Notes: a model not told the origin generated them from the sequence alone. A stretch of DNA of 64,000 nt from Eledone cirrhosa (GCA_964016885.1 OZ024743.1:314650001-314714000); one strand, 5' to 3'. Positions 20,399-35,427 are shown, counted from the stretch's first letter. Numbers and translations are program-made.

Positions 20399-21814
20399 TT
20401 TCTTACTCTTTTACCTGTTTCAGCCATCCGGCTGAGGCCATGCTGCTACACATTTTATCTCCAGCTTGTATATGTTGGCCACTGGTGTAAGGGGGAGTTG
20501 CTGCTGCCTTTAGTTTTCCCTCGAGTCTTGCTGTGGGCTCATCCGGGATCCTGGATAACCAGGTGTCGAGATGTTTCTTGAAGACATCCACCTCCACGTC
20601 ATGCAAGTCTCTCAGATCCCTCGGCAGCCTGTTGAAGAGTTGAGGGCCCTTGAATCCCAGGCTATTTCAATACCTGCTACTTATTCTAGATGTGGAAGAC
20701 GGGACCTTTGGCACCACACAGTGACGTCCTGTTCGACGTTTGGTCCAGCTCCCAATGCCAAAGTTTGGTGCTAGTCCTCCAGGATTTTACACATGTACAT
20801 CACTGCGTATCTCTCCCGTCTTCGCTCCAGGGAGTAGAGGTTCAGTTCCTTCAGCCTCTCCCAGTAGCTTGTCTCCCTCATCTTGGCAATCCTCTTGGTG
20901 TAGCTTCGCTGGATTGCCTCAAGCTCCGTGTTTAGTTTGACACTATGGGGTGACCACAACTGTGAGCAGTAGTCCAGACGGCTTAGGACAAATGTCCTCC
21001 ATAGTGTCAACATGGTGTCTCGATCTCTTGTCCGGAAAGTCCTCAAGATCCAGCCAGCGAGTCATCTGCACATTGTCGCCAATTTTATGATGTTTAAGGA
21101 AAATATGCATCATCGCTCATGTCTATGCCCAGCTCTCGTATCGATTTTGACACGGGGATATCAGTCCCTCCTGGTCCTGTGTAGTTGTGTTCCACTATAT
21201 TTGTGTTTGCAGGTTTGTTTGGAGGTTTGTATTGTAGGGCTTGGAATTTGCCAGCATTAAACTGCATGTTGTTTTCTTCCGCCCATTTGTATATGGCATC
21301 CAGATCCTGCTGTAAAAGAGCAGCGTCAGCCGGGTTTTTGATTGCCTGTGCTACCTTAGTGTCATCAGCATAGCTAGTGAGGGATGTTGTTGTATGTACT
21401 ACAGAGGGCATGTCTGAGAGAGCCACCAAAAACCGTAGTGGTTCCAGGACTGTCCCCTGAGGCACCCCACTTGTTAGTGGTGTTTCCTTTGAGAGGGCCC
21501 CATTTGCTGCGACTGCCTGGCTTCTGTCCCTTAGGAAGTCATGCAGCTACTCACCTACTTTTCCAGTTATGCCGAGTCCGTGTAGGTTCTGACATATCAT
21601 TCCGTGGTCGACCTTGTCAAAGGCCTTCGCAAAGAAAGATATATCACGTCCACATGTGAGCTGTGTAGTAGTTGTCTCAGTACCCAGTCGTAGTGATGTA
21701 GCAGCTGTGTAAGGCAGCTTCTTCCTGTGCGGAAGCCATGTTGCGTGCTAGTCAGGCGGTCATTTTCCTCGTGGAAAGTGATCAGTTTCTTTCTGACGAC
21801 TCGCTCCATGACCT
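20397..21814 (-). mobile_element. 5'-truncated copy of the same CR1-group LINE (RT C-terminal half + 3' UTR)
   Basis: [49 protein letters not shown]; near-identical to 42340-43565; keeps a segment (about 20585-20800) that is deleted in the long copy. Confidence 0.93.
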
Positions 21815-21856
21815 TATATACATATATATTTATATATTTATATATTTATATATATA

Positions 21857-21944
<88 letters not shown>

Positions 21945-21964
21945 CATATATATTTGTATATAAA

Positions 21965-22040
21965 ACGTGATATATCTTGACTTTGCGAAGGCCTTTGACA
22001 AGGTCGACCACGGAATGATATGTCACAAACTACACGCACT
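21965..22040 (+). mobile_element. Short inverted piece of the CR1 RT region ([23 protein letters not shown])
   Basis: Reverse-complement match to 21575-21649, embedded in (TA)n. Confidence 0.85.
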
Positions 22041-22051
22041 ATATTTATATA

Positions 22052-22095
<44 letters not shown>

Positions 22096-22149
22096 TATGT
22101 GTATATATATATATATATAAATATATGTGTATATATATATATATAATTA

Positions 22150-22181
<32 letters not shown>

Positions 22182-22183
22182 AA

Positions 22184-22301
<118 letters not shown>

Positions 22302-22331
22302 AGATCAAAAGATGGTTAAAAGTGTTCCATG

Positions 22332-22402
22332 TATTTTATTATGCGCATTTCAAAAGCAAATATCATCATGCGATGACATTTGCGTTTTCGTCAGATAAAA
22401 TA
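22332..22402 (-). ncRNA. Type I hammerhead ribozyme motif
   Basis: Minus strand: TATTTTAT-CTGACGA-AAACGCAAATGTCAT..ATGATATTTGCTTTT-GAAA-TGCGCA-TA-ATAAAATA; perfect 8-bp stem I, palindromic stem III. Confidence 0.85.
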
Positions 22403-22424
22403 GGGAGACATGTATATATATTCA

Positions 22425-22507
<83 letters not shown>

Positions 22508-22601
22508 CAGGATGTTTTCATTATGAGGATTGCAAGCAAAATTTTTTGCTTCTAAGAAACCACTGGTAAATGGAATAATTGCCTTATGTTGTTTATTACA
22601 T

Positions 22602-22663
<62 letters not shown>

Positions 22664-22672
22664 TATAAATAT

Positions 22673-22703
<31 letters not shown>

Positions 22704-22740
22704 AATACACATATATATATAAATATATATATATATATAA

Positions 22741-22821
<81 letters not shown>

Positions 22822-22846
22822 AATATACACACATATATATATATAT

Positions 22847-22885
<39 letters not shown>

Positions 22886-22896
22886 AATATACACAC

Positions 22897-22940
<44 letters not shown>

Positions 22941-22954
22941 ATAAATATACACAC

Positions 22955-22997
<43 letters not shown>

Positions 22998-23006
22998 TAT
23001 AAACAC

Positions 23007-23077
<71 letters not shown>

Positions 23078-23231
23078 TATACACACATATATATATATAT
23101 ATACATATATATACACATATATATATATACATATATGTCCAGGTGGATTTCTTGTACATTCTGTCGTTTCACGCCATGAAACCGGGTTAAGCACTGGCCA
23201 AATCACCATTCTGGCTTAAGATAGACCTTAG

Positions 23232-23279
<48 letters not shown>

Positions 23280-23290
23280 CTATATATATA

Positions 23291-23343
<53 letters not shown>

Positions 23344-23353
23344 TCAAATATCA

Positions 23354-23390
<37 letters not shown>

Positions 23391-24159
23391 TTTATATATA
23401 TATATATACTGTTCATTGTTTGCGGAATGAAATTGACAGGTAAATAATGCGTTGGAAGGTAGGTAGATTTAAATGGTATATTCTCAATCGAGGGCCTTCT
23501 CCGTTTCGATTTAATGTAACTTGAGAACATCAAGTGGAAAAGAAAGGGCTTAATGTTAGTACTATACCTTAAGATTAATATGTTTGTGTCTGTTTGTACG
23601 TGTGTTTGTAATGTGATTTAGGAGTATATATTACTGAAAATATAACTACACACACTCATACGCATATATATAATTATATTTATATATATACATACATATA
23701 GGAACTATACACACACACACACACACACTCTCTCTCACATATATATACATACATACACACATACATGAATTGGCTTCTCTCCTCCGCTTCTCTCTTCCAC
23801 ATAAAATCTTAGTGACGTACAGTTATCAATGACGTAAATGAGAATATGTAGATAATAATGTGGGGATAGAAATAATATTCTCACTTTACGACAAAGTTAT
23901 AACGTCATCGACGCATTTATCAACATCATCACCTTTATCATCGTCAACATCGTTCATTTCATTCTCATAAACATCTTCTGTCGTTAAGAAACGTTATTAC
24001 CACCATTATCACAACCATCACTATTACCAAGAGCATCATCAACGCAAACCTCACTAATATTTTCTCATTACACTACTCATCATAATCATCCTAAATACCA
24101 GCGCTGTAAACACCATTTTTATGATCTCACAATCGCCCTCCTTTTACTCAAAATAATAA

Positions 24160-24607
24160 TAATTGTTTCTTCTTTAAGCACAAGGCCAGCAATTCGAACG
24201 TGAGGGGAAGGTCGATTAAATCGACCTCAGTGTGTTACAGGTACTTTATTTTATCGACCCCGTAAGGATGAAATCCTAAGCCAACCTCGGCGAGATAGGA
24301 TCTCAGAATGTAAAGGGCCGTAACTATATGCATAGAGCATATTGACCGAAGCTTTGCCGATACTGCCATTTAACCGTCCATAATAATATTGATTTCTTGT
24401 ATAGGCACAAAGCCAGTAATTTAGGGGAAGGGGAAATTCGATTAAATCGACCCCAGTACGTTGCCTGTGCTTTATTTTATCGATCTCGTAAGGATGAACG
24501 TCAAAGTTATCCTCGGCGGGATTTGAACGCAGGCCGTAAAGGGGTGTAACTCTAAGCTGCAAAGCATGGCGTCCGACTCTCTACGGATACTGCTAATCCA
24601 CTGCCCA
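24160..24607 (-). mobile_element. Two tandem SINE copies
   Basis: Two reverse-complement cores, each with CCGATACTGCCA-like A-box ends. Confidence 0.85.
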
Positions 24608-24743
24608 TAATAATAATAATAATGTTTTCCTTTTGTACGGTTTCTCTAGCAACCGGTTGCTAGGCGAGGCGTGTCAAGTTGCCTCAGATCAGTCCCTGAT
24701 CTCAGTGGCTCAGGATATCATGTGATAATAATATTAATAATAA

Positions 24744-24782
<39 letters not shown>

Positions 24783-25567
24783 CAGTAGTAATGAGCAGCA
24801 GCCACAATAGGTCTTTCCATGGGGAAATTATTATGTTTATTACTGTTAACATTCCTATAATCCTAAAGTTATTTTAACCATTGTGTTAATTTCTACAATA
24901 TCACTGTATGTAACTCAATGTTTCATATGGAGTGTGCTTTTTTATATTTATGTATTACATCTGTTTCATCTTTGTGCGGTTTGCATTGGTGTTCTTTGTT
25001 TTATTTTAGTGCGTCGTTTGTTGGTTGTAGAGTTGTGTCATTTCGTTTGGTTGTAATTTTATGTTCTGTATGGGCTGTTTGTGGTATTTTTATCCTTTTG
25101 TCCTTTGGTCGGTCTGCAAGTGTGTAGTGAGTGAGTTGCGTGTCTTGTAGTATTGGGTGTGTATTAGCTAAGTCTATGGGTATTATTGGGTGGGGAAGTA
25201 TATCATATTTGTGTTCGATTTGATATGTGAATTGTGGTATACTATTAGGTGGCGATTCATTAGATTATTTACTCTGTGAGATGTATTATTTTACTAAGTG
25301 GCGATTATATAGATCCCAATCAATGTAGGTTGGAGAGTAATGATTCCATAGAGATCGTTGTGTGGCTTGTGTTATTGCTGTTGTTAATGTTTAACCTCAT
25401 GTAAGCCCAGATCAAGCAGATCTAAAATTACATGTCTTTGAGTTTTGTTCCTATCATCAAAGTCATTTTTCATAGGGAGGGTGTGCTGGTTTTTCTAGCA
25501 ATTGGCATGAAGAGTACTATTCTATAGAATATACTATGTGCTATGCACAATAAAGTATTATTATCAT

Positions 25568-25905
25568 GGCGGTGGATTGTCACTATCGGTAGAGGGTCAG
25601 ACGCCATGCGTTGCAGCATAGAGTTACTCCCATTTATAATGTGAGTTCAAATCCTGCCGAGGTGTTATTACATGATCAAAGTATAGGTGTTGAATTTACA
25701 GAATCAGTAGAGTGTCGCACAACATGCTCTGTGGTGTATAGTTACGTCCCTGTGTGTTATGAGTTCAAATCGCACCGTGGTTACCATTGCATATCCTCCT
25801 AACGGAGTCGATAAAATAAAGTACCAGTCATGCACTGGGTTCGATTTAATCAACATTCCCCTATCACAAAATCGTTGGCCTAGCGCCTAAATTTGAAACA
25901 ATTAT
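25568..25905 (+). mobile_element. SINE head plus second SINE copy
   Basis: GAGTTCAAATCC-like B boxes twice; GTCGATAAAATAAAGTACCAGT. Confidence 0.8.
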
Positions 25906-28900
25906 TTGATCAAATAGATTGCGGCCATGACTATCCCATAACTTTTTCTACATGCAATTACGGCTGATGGTCATTACCTAACATTATCCATTTAAAACCA
26001 TAGGGTGGAATTGGAGAGTTATTTGACTGCTAATTTTAACAGTTTGATTGTGCATGTTGAAACAGTATCATTGACTCAAATACTAATCATTTCTGAAATA
26101 GGAGCCGCGAGAAAGTTTGTGGCTCAGAAAAATGACATTGCGTATTTAATTACATTCTTTACACCCTTTTCACGTGTAAATACCCGGCCACTGTTCATCT
26201 CTACATATATTTCCATTTGATGATTACAAGTTTTGTAGTAGTTATCTTGTTACATCTCACGCTATGTATCATGATCTTCTATAAGACTACCACTTTCGAG
26301 TTTTATTGGCTGTTATCCAGTCCTGTTATAAGGGGTTAACCCTGGTGGTAGTCATTCGTTTCAGCGGAATGCATTGGATTAATATGAAATGAAGTGTTTT
26401 GTTCAAGATTATAGCAAGCAACACGGTCGCGTTAATTGTTCTCTCTTTGACTAACACGTTAGTAATTAAGCCTGGTTTCTATCTCTACTAATTTCAATCT
26501 AGTAATAGTAGTAGTGATAGCAATGAAAGAAATTATCTTGTTGCTCCTCCGAATTATTTGATTCTCTGCCAACGAGAAATTAATATTTCATATAGAATTA
26601 TATTATTAGTGCAAAATAAACTGTCATACATATTTGACGTGTTTTCAAATGGTCATGATGTGTAACTGAAACCAAATATCAACCAGGTTTCTTCATTAAA
26701 TGTCTACTACACGATCTATATTCCTTCTATGCTCTTGTCACATCATATTAAGAATACTACGCAGACGTTTAGTACTTCTTCTTTCCTCCTGTCACGATCC
26801 TGAACCAGAATATCGATATCCTCAGGATAATCCGGTTCGTTTCTATATCCTAGTTTTACACTTCAGCCGGTCTCACATTATGTCAGGGGACGTTATAACT
26901 ATCAGTTTTTGGCTGCTGCTCTTCAGACATGTTTAGAGTTTCCATCTACCTGGCATAAATCTGAGTCAGGCCGGTGATATTCTCTGGTGTAACCACATCT
27001 TATCGTCCCTCCTATCTCCTGGATATATTTTAAATAAATTTTCTTCTCTCGCCTAGCAGCACCTGGGTGTGTTCCAGATAATCTTCTTTTGGCCTGACTC
27101 TCCTGAGAAAAACTGGTGATGTCCTCTGGGCTCAACAGCTGACCTGGTTTATATAGCGACTATTCTGTCGGTGCGTTTCATAATCAACACTTTTATACCC
27201 AGTTTGTTAATGTATCAGTACTTTGCTCTACTACAACTCACAGTAGAAGAGCTGATTCTACCGACGAGGAATGGTGATGGGGAAGGCATAGCCTTAATAC
27301 AACACTTACTGGATAAGTTTACTTTAGTGACGAGGAGTATTTAGCTCTACTAAACCCAGTGGGAGATTCTACAGTAATGGCGGGGAGTCAGTTCTACTGA
27401 TGGGGTTCTAATCACATACGAAGCCGAAGGAGGGCGTAGGAATATGATCACACACACCCGACGTGTCGATTCTACTAACGGGTTGAGTGTTACTCTATCC
27501 TTACGCAACTGAAGCATCTATTTTATGGACAGGGGCATGGTGTATCTCTAATCTCATTCTCAACAGGAGAGTTTGTTCTAGTGAGGGGGAGAGTATAACT
27601 GCATTATTTCCGTCAACCGGAGCATCGATTCTGGTGACACGTACCTGGTTATAATGAATGTGTACCGCCCACTAATATCACATCGAAAGTCTCCTATTAT
27701 CAATGAAGCTAAAATATTATATAACATCTTGGTAAACATCTCCCCCTCCGTTGCATACACTTCTATTAACATGGACGTCACGGATGTGAACACCAATATC
27801 ATCATCACCATTATCACCAACACCATAATGTTCGATATTATCAGCACCACCGCCAACAATGCCATTATCACCATTACCAGCACCACCATTATCATTGCCA
27901 TATCAATATCATCTTTATTAACAACATCATCACTATCATCATCATCATCATTGTCGTTATTTCCCCCCACTTTCACTACATTTATCATTGCCGTTACCAT
28001 AATCATCAATTTCAACCCCACTCACACTGTCACTACCATTGTCATTAACATTATCACCGTCAATAACTTTTTTCGGTATTATTCTGTTTTATAAGATGTA
28101 ATTACATCCATTTTATTACACACACACAAGCACGCACAACTCATGCACAAGTCTTTGACTGTATGTGAGACCTAGCGTGTATTTGTCTAGGTTTGCCGTT
28201 GTCAGATTCTCTCTGTGTGTATGTATGAGAATGTGTGAATGAGCGTATGTTTGTGTACGTTTGTCGGTGTAAAAAGCGTATGTGCGTGAATACATGCGCG
28301 TGTGTGTATGTATATGTATGTGTGTATATATTTGATGTTATCTGTTTTTATATATATGTACCTATATATGTTTGCATGCGAACATGTGTGACTGTGTATT
28401 AGCGCATGTTTGTGCAAATTTGGAAGTGGCAGTTCCTATATGTGTATGTTTGCAAGTATTTGCTTGAAAATATGTGTGGATGCCTGTGTATATGTTTGAC
28501 TATATTTCTGTCTCAACTACTGTATGTGTGTGTCTATGTGTTTGCTTGAGAATGTGTGTTTATATATCATGCCACTCGAATATATGTTTGAATACATTAA
28601 TGTTTATAATAAATATTACTAGCTTTCAAACATTTCCCTAAAAACACCTGCCCTTAATAATTATTGATATATTGTGAATAATTTATTAATTTTTCAACAA
28701 AATAATTAGCACTTACGACCATGTTTTATAAACATTAGTAATTTCTTGTGAAAATATCTCTACTTAAGAAAATAAAGAAACTTGCAAAGGAATGCTAGAA
28801 CTAGTGTAATCTGGATTGTTTAAATTATTGTGTTTTGCTAGATTAATCGAAAGGCAGATCCTTGGCCATTCCTTTATCTGTTGTTTCCAGAGACTAGTTA

Positions 28901-29119
28901 GAGGGCAAGGATATGGTGTACTTAAACACAATATTTCTGTTTTTATTCCGTGTTTCCAGATGGAGTCGTTGGGGCGCCACATTGACATACAGCGTATCGT
29001 GAGGCATTTTAAGCCTAGCAGAATCCATGTATTCTCAAGTCTGAATACAATAGTTTTCTTCCAGAGAAGAATAGAGAGTGATATGGAGGAAGTAAGAAGG
29101 AAGAAGAATCGGTCCAAAT

Positions 29120-29422
29120 TCTTGACTGGTACTTTTTATCGATCTTGAATGGATGGAAGGCAAAGTTGGCCCTGGCAGGATTTGAACGCAGGGCATTCAG
29201 AGAGCCTAAACTCTTATAGTAAACACTTATAAATAACTGTTTCTACTTTTTGGCACAAGGCCAGCAATTATTCCAGTACATTACTGGTACTTTATTTTAT
29301 CGACCCCGTAAGGATGAAAGGCAAAGTTAACCTCGGCGGGAATTGAACTCAGATCGTAAAGGGACGTAACTATGCTGGAAAGCATAATCCAACCCTCTAC
29401 CGATACTGCCAATTCACCGCCC
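29120..29422 (-). mobile_element. Partial and full SINE copies
   Basis: Family core and A box on the minus strand. Confidence 0.85.
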
Positions 29423-30309
29423 TAAACACTTATAAATAATGAACCGTACATAGTAAATTTATTTATAGAAATACTTTTACTTTCAGAACCGGCACGAAAT
29501 TGTAGAGTATTCTTAGAAGTGGTTGTATCTGGATTAACGAAATTGCATATATTTGTTTATAGAAATAGTAGTACCCGAAACACAGCAGACACTACAATTA
29601 GTGGAAAGTAATGAGAATGGTATTCTCAAAAACACAAAAATATACTCTCCAGACAAAATAATTTATACATATTGATAGTTTTGTGCGTAGAAGTTCATGT
29701 ACTTGTATGGAACAAAACACTTGAAAATGATTGGTTGAAGTGATGGAACCTAGTTGATTTAAATTGTTGATTTCTTTATACCGGTTAATCAGGAATAAGG
29801 TCAGTGTTCATAGCTCTTTCCAAGACATCCGAGACTGACGGGATGGACTGAAAAATGTATCCTCCATCCGTAGAACTGGGTCAAGAGTTTGCACAATTTA
29901 TGACTTTGCCAAATGATTTAAAATGCGTTGTGGGGTAGCTAAAACGGGTGACTCATTAAATCTGCCTCCAAGGCATTTAATTTTGATTTCAACATTCTGA
30001 TTTAACTCTTGTTATACCAAACTACTTGCAACCAGTACCTAGTTATACGATACATCAACATTTGCTTTAAGATTTCGTATCTATTTATATATTAACACCC
30101 TCCATATATTTTCTGAATGTACGTTTATTAAATTATGTTTCAATTATATTGAAAAATAATTAATATATTACACAATTCTAAAAAATTCATGAATACTTTC
30201 AAAATGACTTGACGATCACAGTAGCGCCTTTCATTAGCACATATGGTAAGGAGAGGGTTAATTATGCGCCCGATGTCTACTTCTGGCTTGACGTTATACT
30301 TGATATACT

Positions 30310-30708
30310 GATTACTAATTTAGGCACAAGGCCAACATTTTGTTGGGAAGAGGATATCTGATTATACTGACGCCAAAACATTACTGTTACTTTATTTGAT
30401 CGTCCGTGAAAGGATCGAATGCAAAGCTGACCTCAGAGAGTAGAATCGGAACAAATAGTACTATGTGTTTGTCAAACGATCTCACCACTATGGAAAATCA
30501 CAGTCCTTTATACTTAATATAATTGTTTCTACTTTAGGCACAAGGCCAGCAATTACCCAGTGCATTACTGGTACTTTATTTTATCGACCCCGTAAGGATG
30601 AAAGGCAAAGTCAACCTCGGCGGGATTTGAACTCAGATCGTAAAGGGACGTAACTATGCTGGAAAGCATGGCGTCCGACCCTCTACTGATACTGCCAATC
30701 CACCGCCC
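30310..30708 (-). mobile_element. Diverged SINE and a near-consensus SINE (30520-30708)
   Basis: Family core, B box GGATTTGAACTC and A box on the minus strand. Confidence 0.85.
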
Positions 30709-31388
30709 TTATACTTAATATAATACGTGCAAGGCATGTATTGATGTTGATTCATAATGCAATTCATATAAGTTACCATCGGCTATGTGGTTTGTATTTT
30801 CAATGGTTACTAAAAAAGATAAATACGATTCAACTATAATTAGCATATGTATGATATTTAAATGGTTACAAAAATGACCGTAGTAATAGTAGATCATAAA
30901 TTACCCTAAGTCAACCTCTTTGTTTAGACAACTAGCTACTTGCTTACATTTTTCTATTATATGAAAAGAAAAAAGAAAAAGAGTAAAAATGACCGCGGTT
31001 CTTTGTCGTAGCGGTTAACACACTCGCTCAGCATTTGTGAGATGTGAGGTTCGCAAGACCCTCTGTCCACCTCTGCCGTCCTTAGTAGTAGTTTACCCGA
31101 GATTCCCAACTAGTGTTTATCAACATGGACATTTGCCTTGGCATGCACATATTTCAAATTATCCCAGAGTTTAATTCAACAGCTGTGTTTATATACAGGA
31201 GAGAGAGAGAGAGTGTTTGTGTTTGAACCTGAGGGAGAGAGATAAGACAGGGGCATTTGTGAGGGGTTTTGGAAAGGAAAGATAAATCTGGAGAAAAATG
31301 TATTCTGAGTAAATAAATAAAGAATTAGAGAAATACATAATATGAATGAGGAGTAAGGCAAATAGAAACAGGGTGAGGGAGGTATTAT

Positions 31389-31483
<95 letters not shown>

Positions 31484-31585
31484 AATATATATATATATAT
31501 AATCTGTAGGTTCCCAAATTGTGTCGGGAGGTAAACCCAGTTATGTTGGTAGAGTATAGGCAGCTTTATTACATATAGTAATGAA

Positions 31586-31676
31586 TTCTACCTGACTAGA
31601 ACTGTTTCATACGTATGAAATCACCGGGAATGTCCTGATGATTTCAAACAAATGAAACAGTTCTAGTCAAGTAGAA
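31586..31676. repeat. About 90-bp imperfect palindrome; diverged relative near 5490-5565
   Basis: TTCTACCTGACTAGAACTGTTTCAT..ATGAAACAGTTCTAGTCAAGTAGAA; shared centre TCATCAGGAATATCCTGATG at 5514. Confidence 0.75.
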
Positions 31677-31908
31677 GACACACACACACACATATGCATG
31701 CGCGCACACACGCGCGCGTGCACAAACACACACACACACACACACACACATATGCATGCGCACACACACACGCACGCGCGCAGAAACACACACACACAGA
31801 CACACACACACACATATGCATGTGCACACACACACACACGCACGCGCGCGCACAAACACACACACATATACACACACACACACACACATATATACGCATG
31901 TGCATGAC

Positions 31909-31956
<48 letters not shown>

Positions 31957-32254
31957 TGTGTCGTTTTGCCTGCACAATGAAAGTGAGAAAGATGTGTGTA
32001 TGGATTAATAAGTGAGAGGAAATTTTAGAATGAAAGAGAGAAAATGAGGTAGTCATAGAGAGACGTTTGTACAAAAGTCTGTTATAAAAAAGGAGGAGAG
32101 AACTGGAGAGATTGATAGAAATATACACATATATAATTATATATATATATGTGTATGTGTTAGAAAGAGTCGGGTCCCAACGACTGAGCACTCACCGTTT
32201 CGACACCTAATTACAGACTCATTTATCTAACTATCTATCTATCTATCTCTCCCT

Positions 32255-32725
32255 ATGTAAGCAAAGGCGGTTTTTCTGTGCGTAATAGCCATGTTGAAAG
32301 AGGTTGTTTGGTGGACACGATTGAAAGGTCTGAGGTCAGGCAACTTCCTCTCTGACCATAGTCTGGTCTACTTCTTCCGATATAACTTAGGAAGAAGGAT
32401 AAGAATGGAGAGAGAGGTGCTTGGCCACAGGCAGTTCTATGAAAGGTGGGTGATAGTGGCGAGAATGGCTCGTGTAAATGGGCCTTCTCTGTATACCATC
32501 CTGTAGGTAAAGAAGTGAAGGAGAGGGGAGCACCTTCTCCATGTCCTCCCCGGGCAAAGGATTGCACACTTTTTCGGGGGTGTGTGCAACCCACATCACG
32601 TCCCCTCCCTTTTGAGGTTGTTTTCGATTATTTTCATTTTATACCCTTTTTACTCGGTTTTATGTAAACTCCCCCTTTGTATTTGTCCCTTCTTTTTATG
32701 CCTTTAAGGTAAATAAAGAAATATA
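32255..32725 (+). mobile_element. L1/Tx1-like LINE 3' end with UTR and AATAAA
   Basis: LKEVVWWTRLKG..FFRYNLGRRIRMERE..FYERW C-terminus, T-rich UTR, AATAAA; inserted in (CTAT)n with ATCTCTCCCTAT on both sides. Confidence 0.6.
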
Positions 32726-32763
32726 TCTCTCCCTATCTACCTATCTACCTATCTATCTATCTA

Positions 32764-32852
<89 letters not shown>

Positions 32853-33931
32853 CGAGAGATTGATTGAGAATGAAGCAGGGAGGAAGAAATGAAGAGAGAA
32901 ATGGAGAAAGAGAGAATTATCGAGACATATATGGGATACAATCCACAAACGATTAAGTGACGTGGAGACGGTGAGAGTGAGAAAATGTGAGAGAGAAAGC
33001 GAGAATGGTAGTCTGTAAGAAAATGTAAGTATATATGTATGTAATGCACATATCTGTACATGAGTGCGTGCATATGAGTGAATGCGTGTGAATGTGAGAG
33101 GATTTATGTGTGCATGAATAGATGGTGATTGCTTTAATGTAGTGGCGTTATTTTACCTATAGTATAAACGTTGTGGATTTGTACATAATATAGGTAAGTG
33201 GTATTTTCACAATTATTTTACAGTATTGTTGATGACCTGTAATACAAAATGTTTGGGGATGCACGTACACAAGTTTGAGCATGCTGTTGCATGTTAACAA
33301 AAAATAGAATGAGATTAATTCTAACACTCATTGTCAAATGCTATGATAACGTGTTGCTGTCGAAATATTTATGATATCTAAGATATAACATTTGATTTAA
33401 CGGAAATATTCATATACTTTCTAAAATACGTGAGACAAAAGTTTCTTTAGAAAAATGATATTATTTATAATAAAGCAAATATATTTGATATCAGACGATC
33501 ATCCTACAATTATGTTAAAGTTTTCAATATATTTATGGTGGAATTTATGTAACAGAGGCAAAACATTAAAAAGGGTTATTGATGTAAAGTGAAAATAATA
33601 CCTAGAATAACAAATCCAAAGGTTAGAATATTGGCTGTGTAAGATGATTTTTTTTCTTTCCTTACCAACTTAAAAAAAACTTTAATAATGTGTCTGTCGT
33701 GGTCAAATGTAAGATTTACACTCATAAACACAGCACACATATGTGCATACACACTCACACGTATATGTATTATATATAAATGAATATATATATATATATA
33801 TACGTATATATATATATATATACGTATATATATATACGTATATATATATGTATACATATATATATACGTATATATATATGTATACGTATATATATATGTA
33901 CATATATACACGCAAACACACACGCACGCAC

Positions 33932-33965
<34 letters not shown>

Positions 33966-34006
33966 ATATGCATGTATATACATCTATGTATATATATATG
34001 TATATA

Positions 34007-34043
<37 letters not shown>

Positions 34044-34131
34044 GCTTTCAAATATATATATGCATGCTTATATATAGGCATATATATATACATGCTTATA
34101 TATATATATACATACATACTTGCTTATATAT

Positions 34132-34201
<70 letters not shown>

Positions 34202-34469
34202 GTAAATATATATATATATATTTATACATACATATATATGAGTGTCGCGTTAAATCGTGCACAACCACAGTTAGTAAGTTACTCAATACATTATTAGTGT
34301 GTAAATATCACGTGTCATTTGAATAGAACAACAGAAAAAATATATTGGTATCCTACATACACCTGGCACAATTTTACGCCTTGGCCAATTCAATAAAAGT
34401 ATCATTAATATATATCGTGACAACTCTCTGTCCTTCCCTAGTTGTCTTTATATATATATATATATATGC

Positions 34470-34504
<35 letters not shown>

Positions 34505-34599
34505 TATACAGGCACACACATACATATCTCTCTCTTCTGTCTCCGCTATCCGTCGCCCCTCTCTCTCTCTCTATCTCTCTCCTCACTCAATTTCTCTCT

Positions 34600-34700
<101 letters not shown>

Positions 34701-34728
34701 AATATATAAACATAAATATATTAAAATA

Positions 34729-34759
<31 letters not shown>

Positions 34760-34882
34760 TCATATATATATTCATATAAATATATTTATATATATAAATA
34801 TTTATGTGAATATATATATATGTATATATTTATATTTATATATTTATATATATATATATATATGTTTTAATATATTTATATT

Positions 34883-34980
<98 letters not shown>

Positions 34981-35015
34981 TATATATTCATATAAATATA
35001 TATATATATAAATAC

Positions 35016-35056
<41 letters not shown>

Positions 35057-35080
35057 TATATATATAAACTTCAATACTCT

Positions 35081-35135
<55 letters not shown>

Positions 35136-35197
35136 TATATACGAGAGTATTGTAGTTTGCTTGAAGCATTGTGGAATAATAAGGTAAATTTCTTTAA

Positions 35198-35420
35198 GTC
35201 GTTTGGAAACCTCGACAATGCAGATGGGTAAATCTTCGGGTAACAAGATCCGGTGGGGGAGAGAGAGATGTAAGTGGGTGTACAACGAGATGCGTAGCGT
35301 ACGTTACAGTCTTATACACGCTACGCATCTCAACGTACACCCATTTACATCTCTCTCTCCACCACCGGATCTTGTTACCCGGAGCTTTACGCATCTGCAT
35401 TGTTGAGGCTTCCAAACGAC
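35198..35420. repeat. Long hairpin, 103-bp arms with 17-nt loop (MITE/foldback-like)
   Basis: 35198-35300 vs 35318-35420 about 90% complementary; mirror ORFs METSTMQM/MEASTMQM. Confidence 0.9.
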
Positions 35421-35427
35421 ATATATA

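Noticed and set aside
27578-28094. 146/147-aa overlapping ORFs
   Set aside because: Degenerate (CAT/CAC)n low-complexity sequence with no domain
28764-29148. 110/117-aa ORFs as a possible host exon
   Set aside because: No recognisable domain or supporting neighbouring exons; more likely an old repeat
30995-31075. tRNA-like sequence
   Set aside because: An A box and a partial B box are present, but no complete cloverleaf; most likely a SINE head
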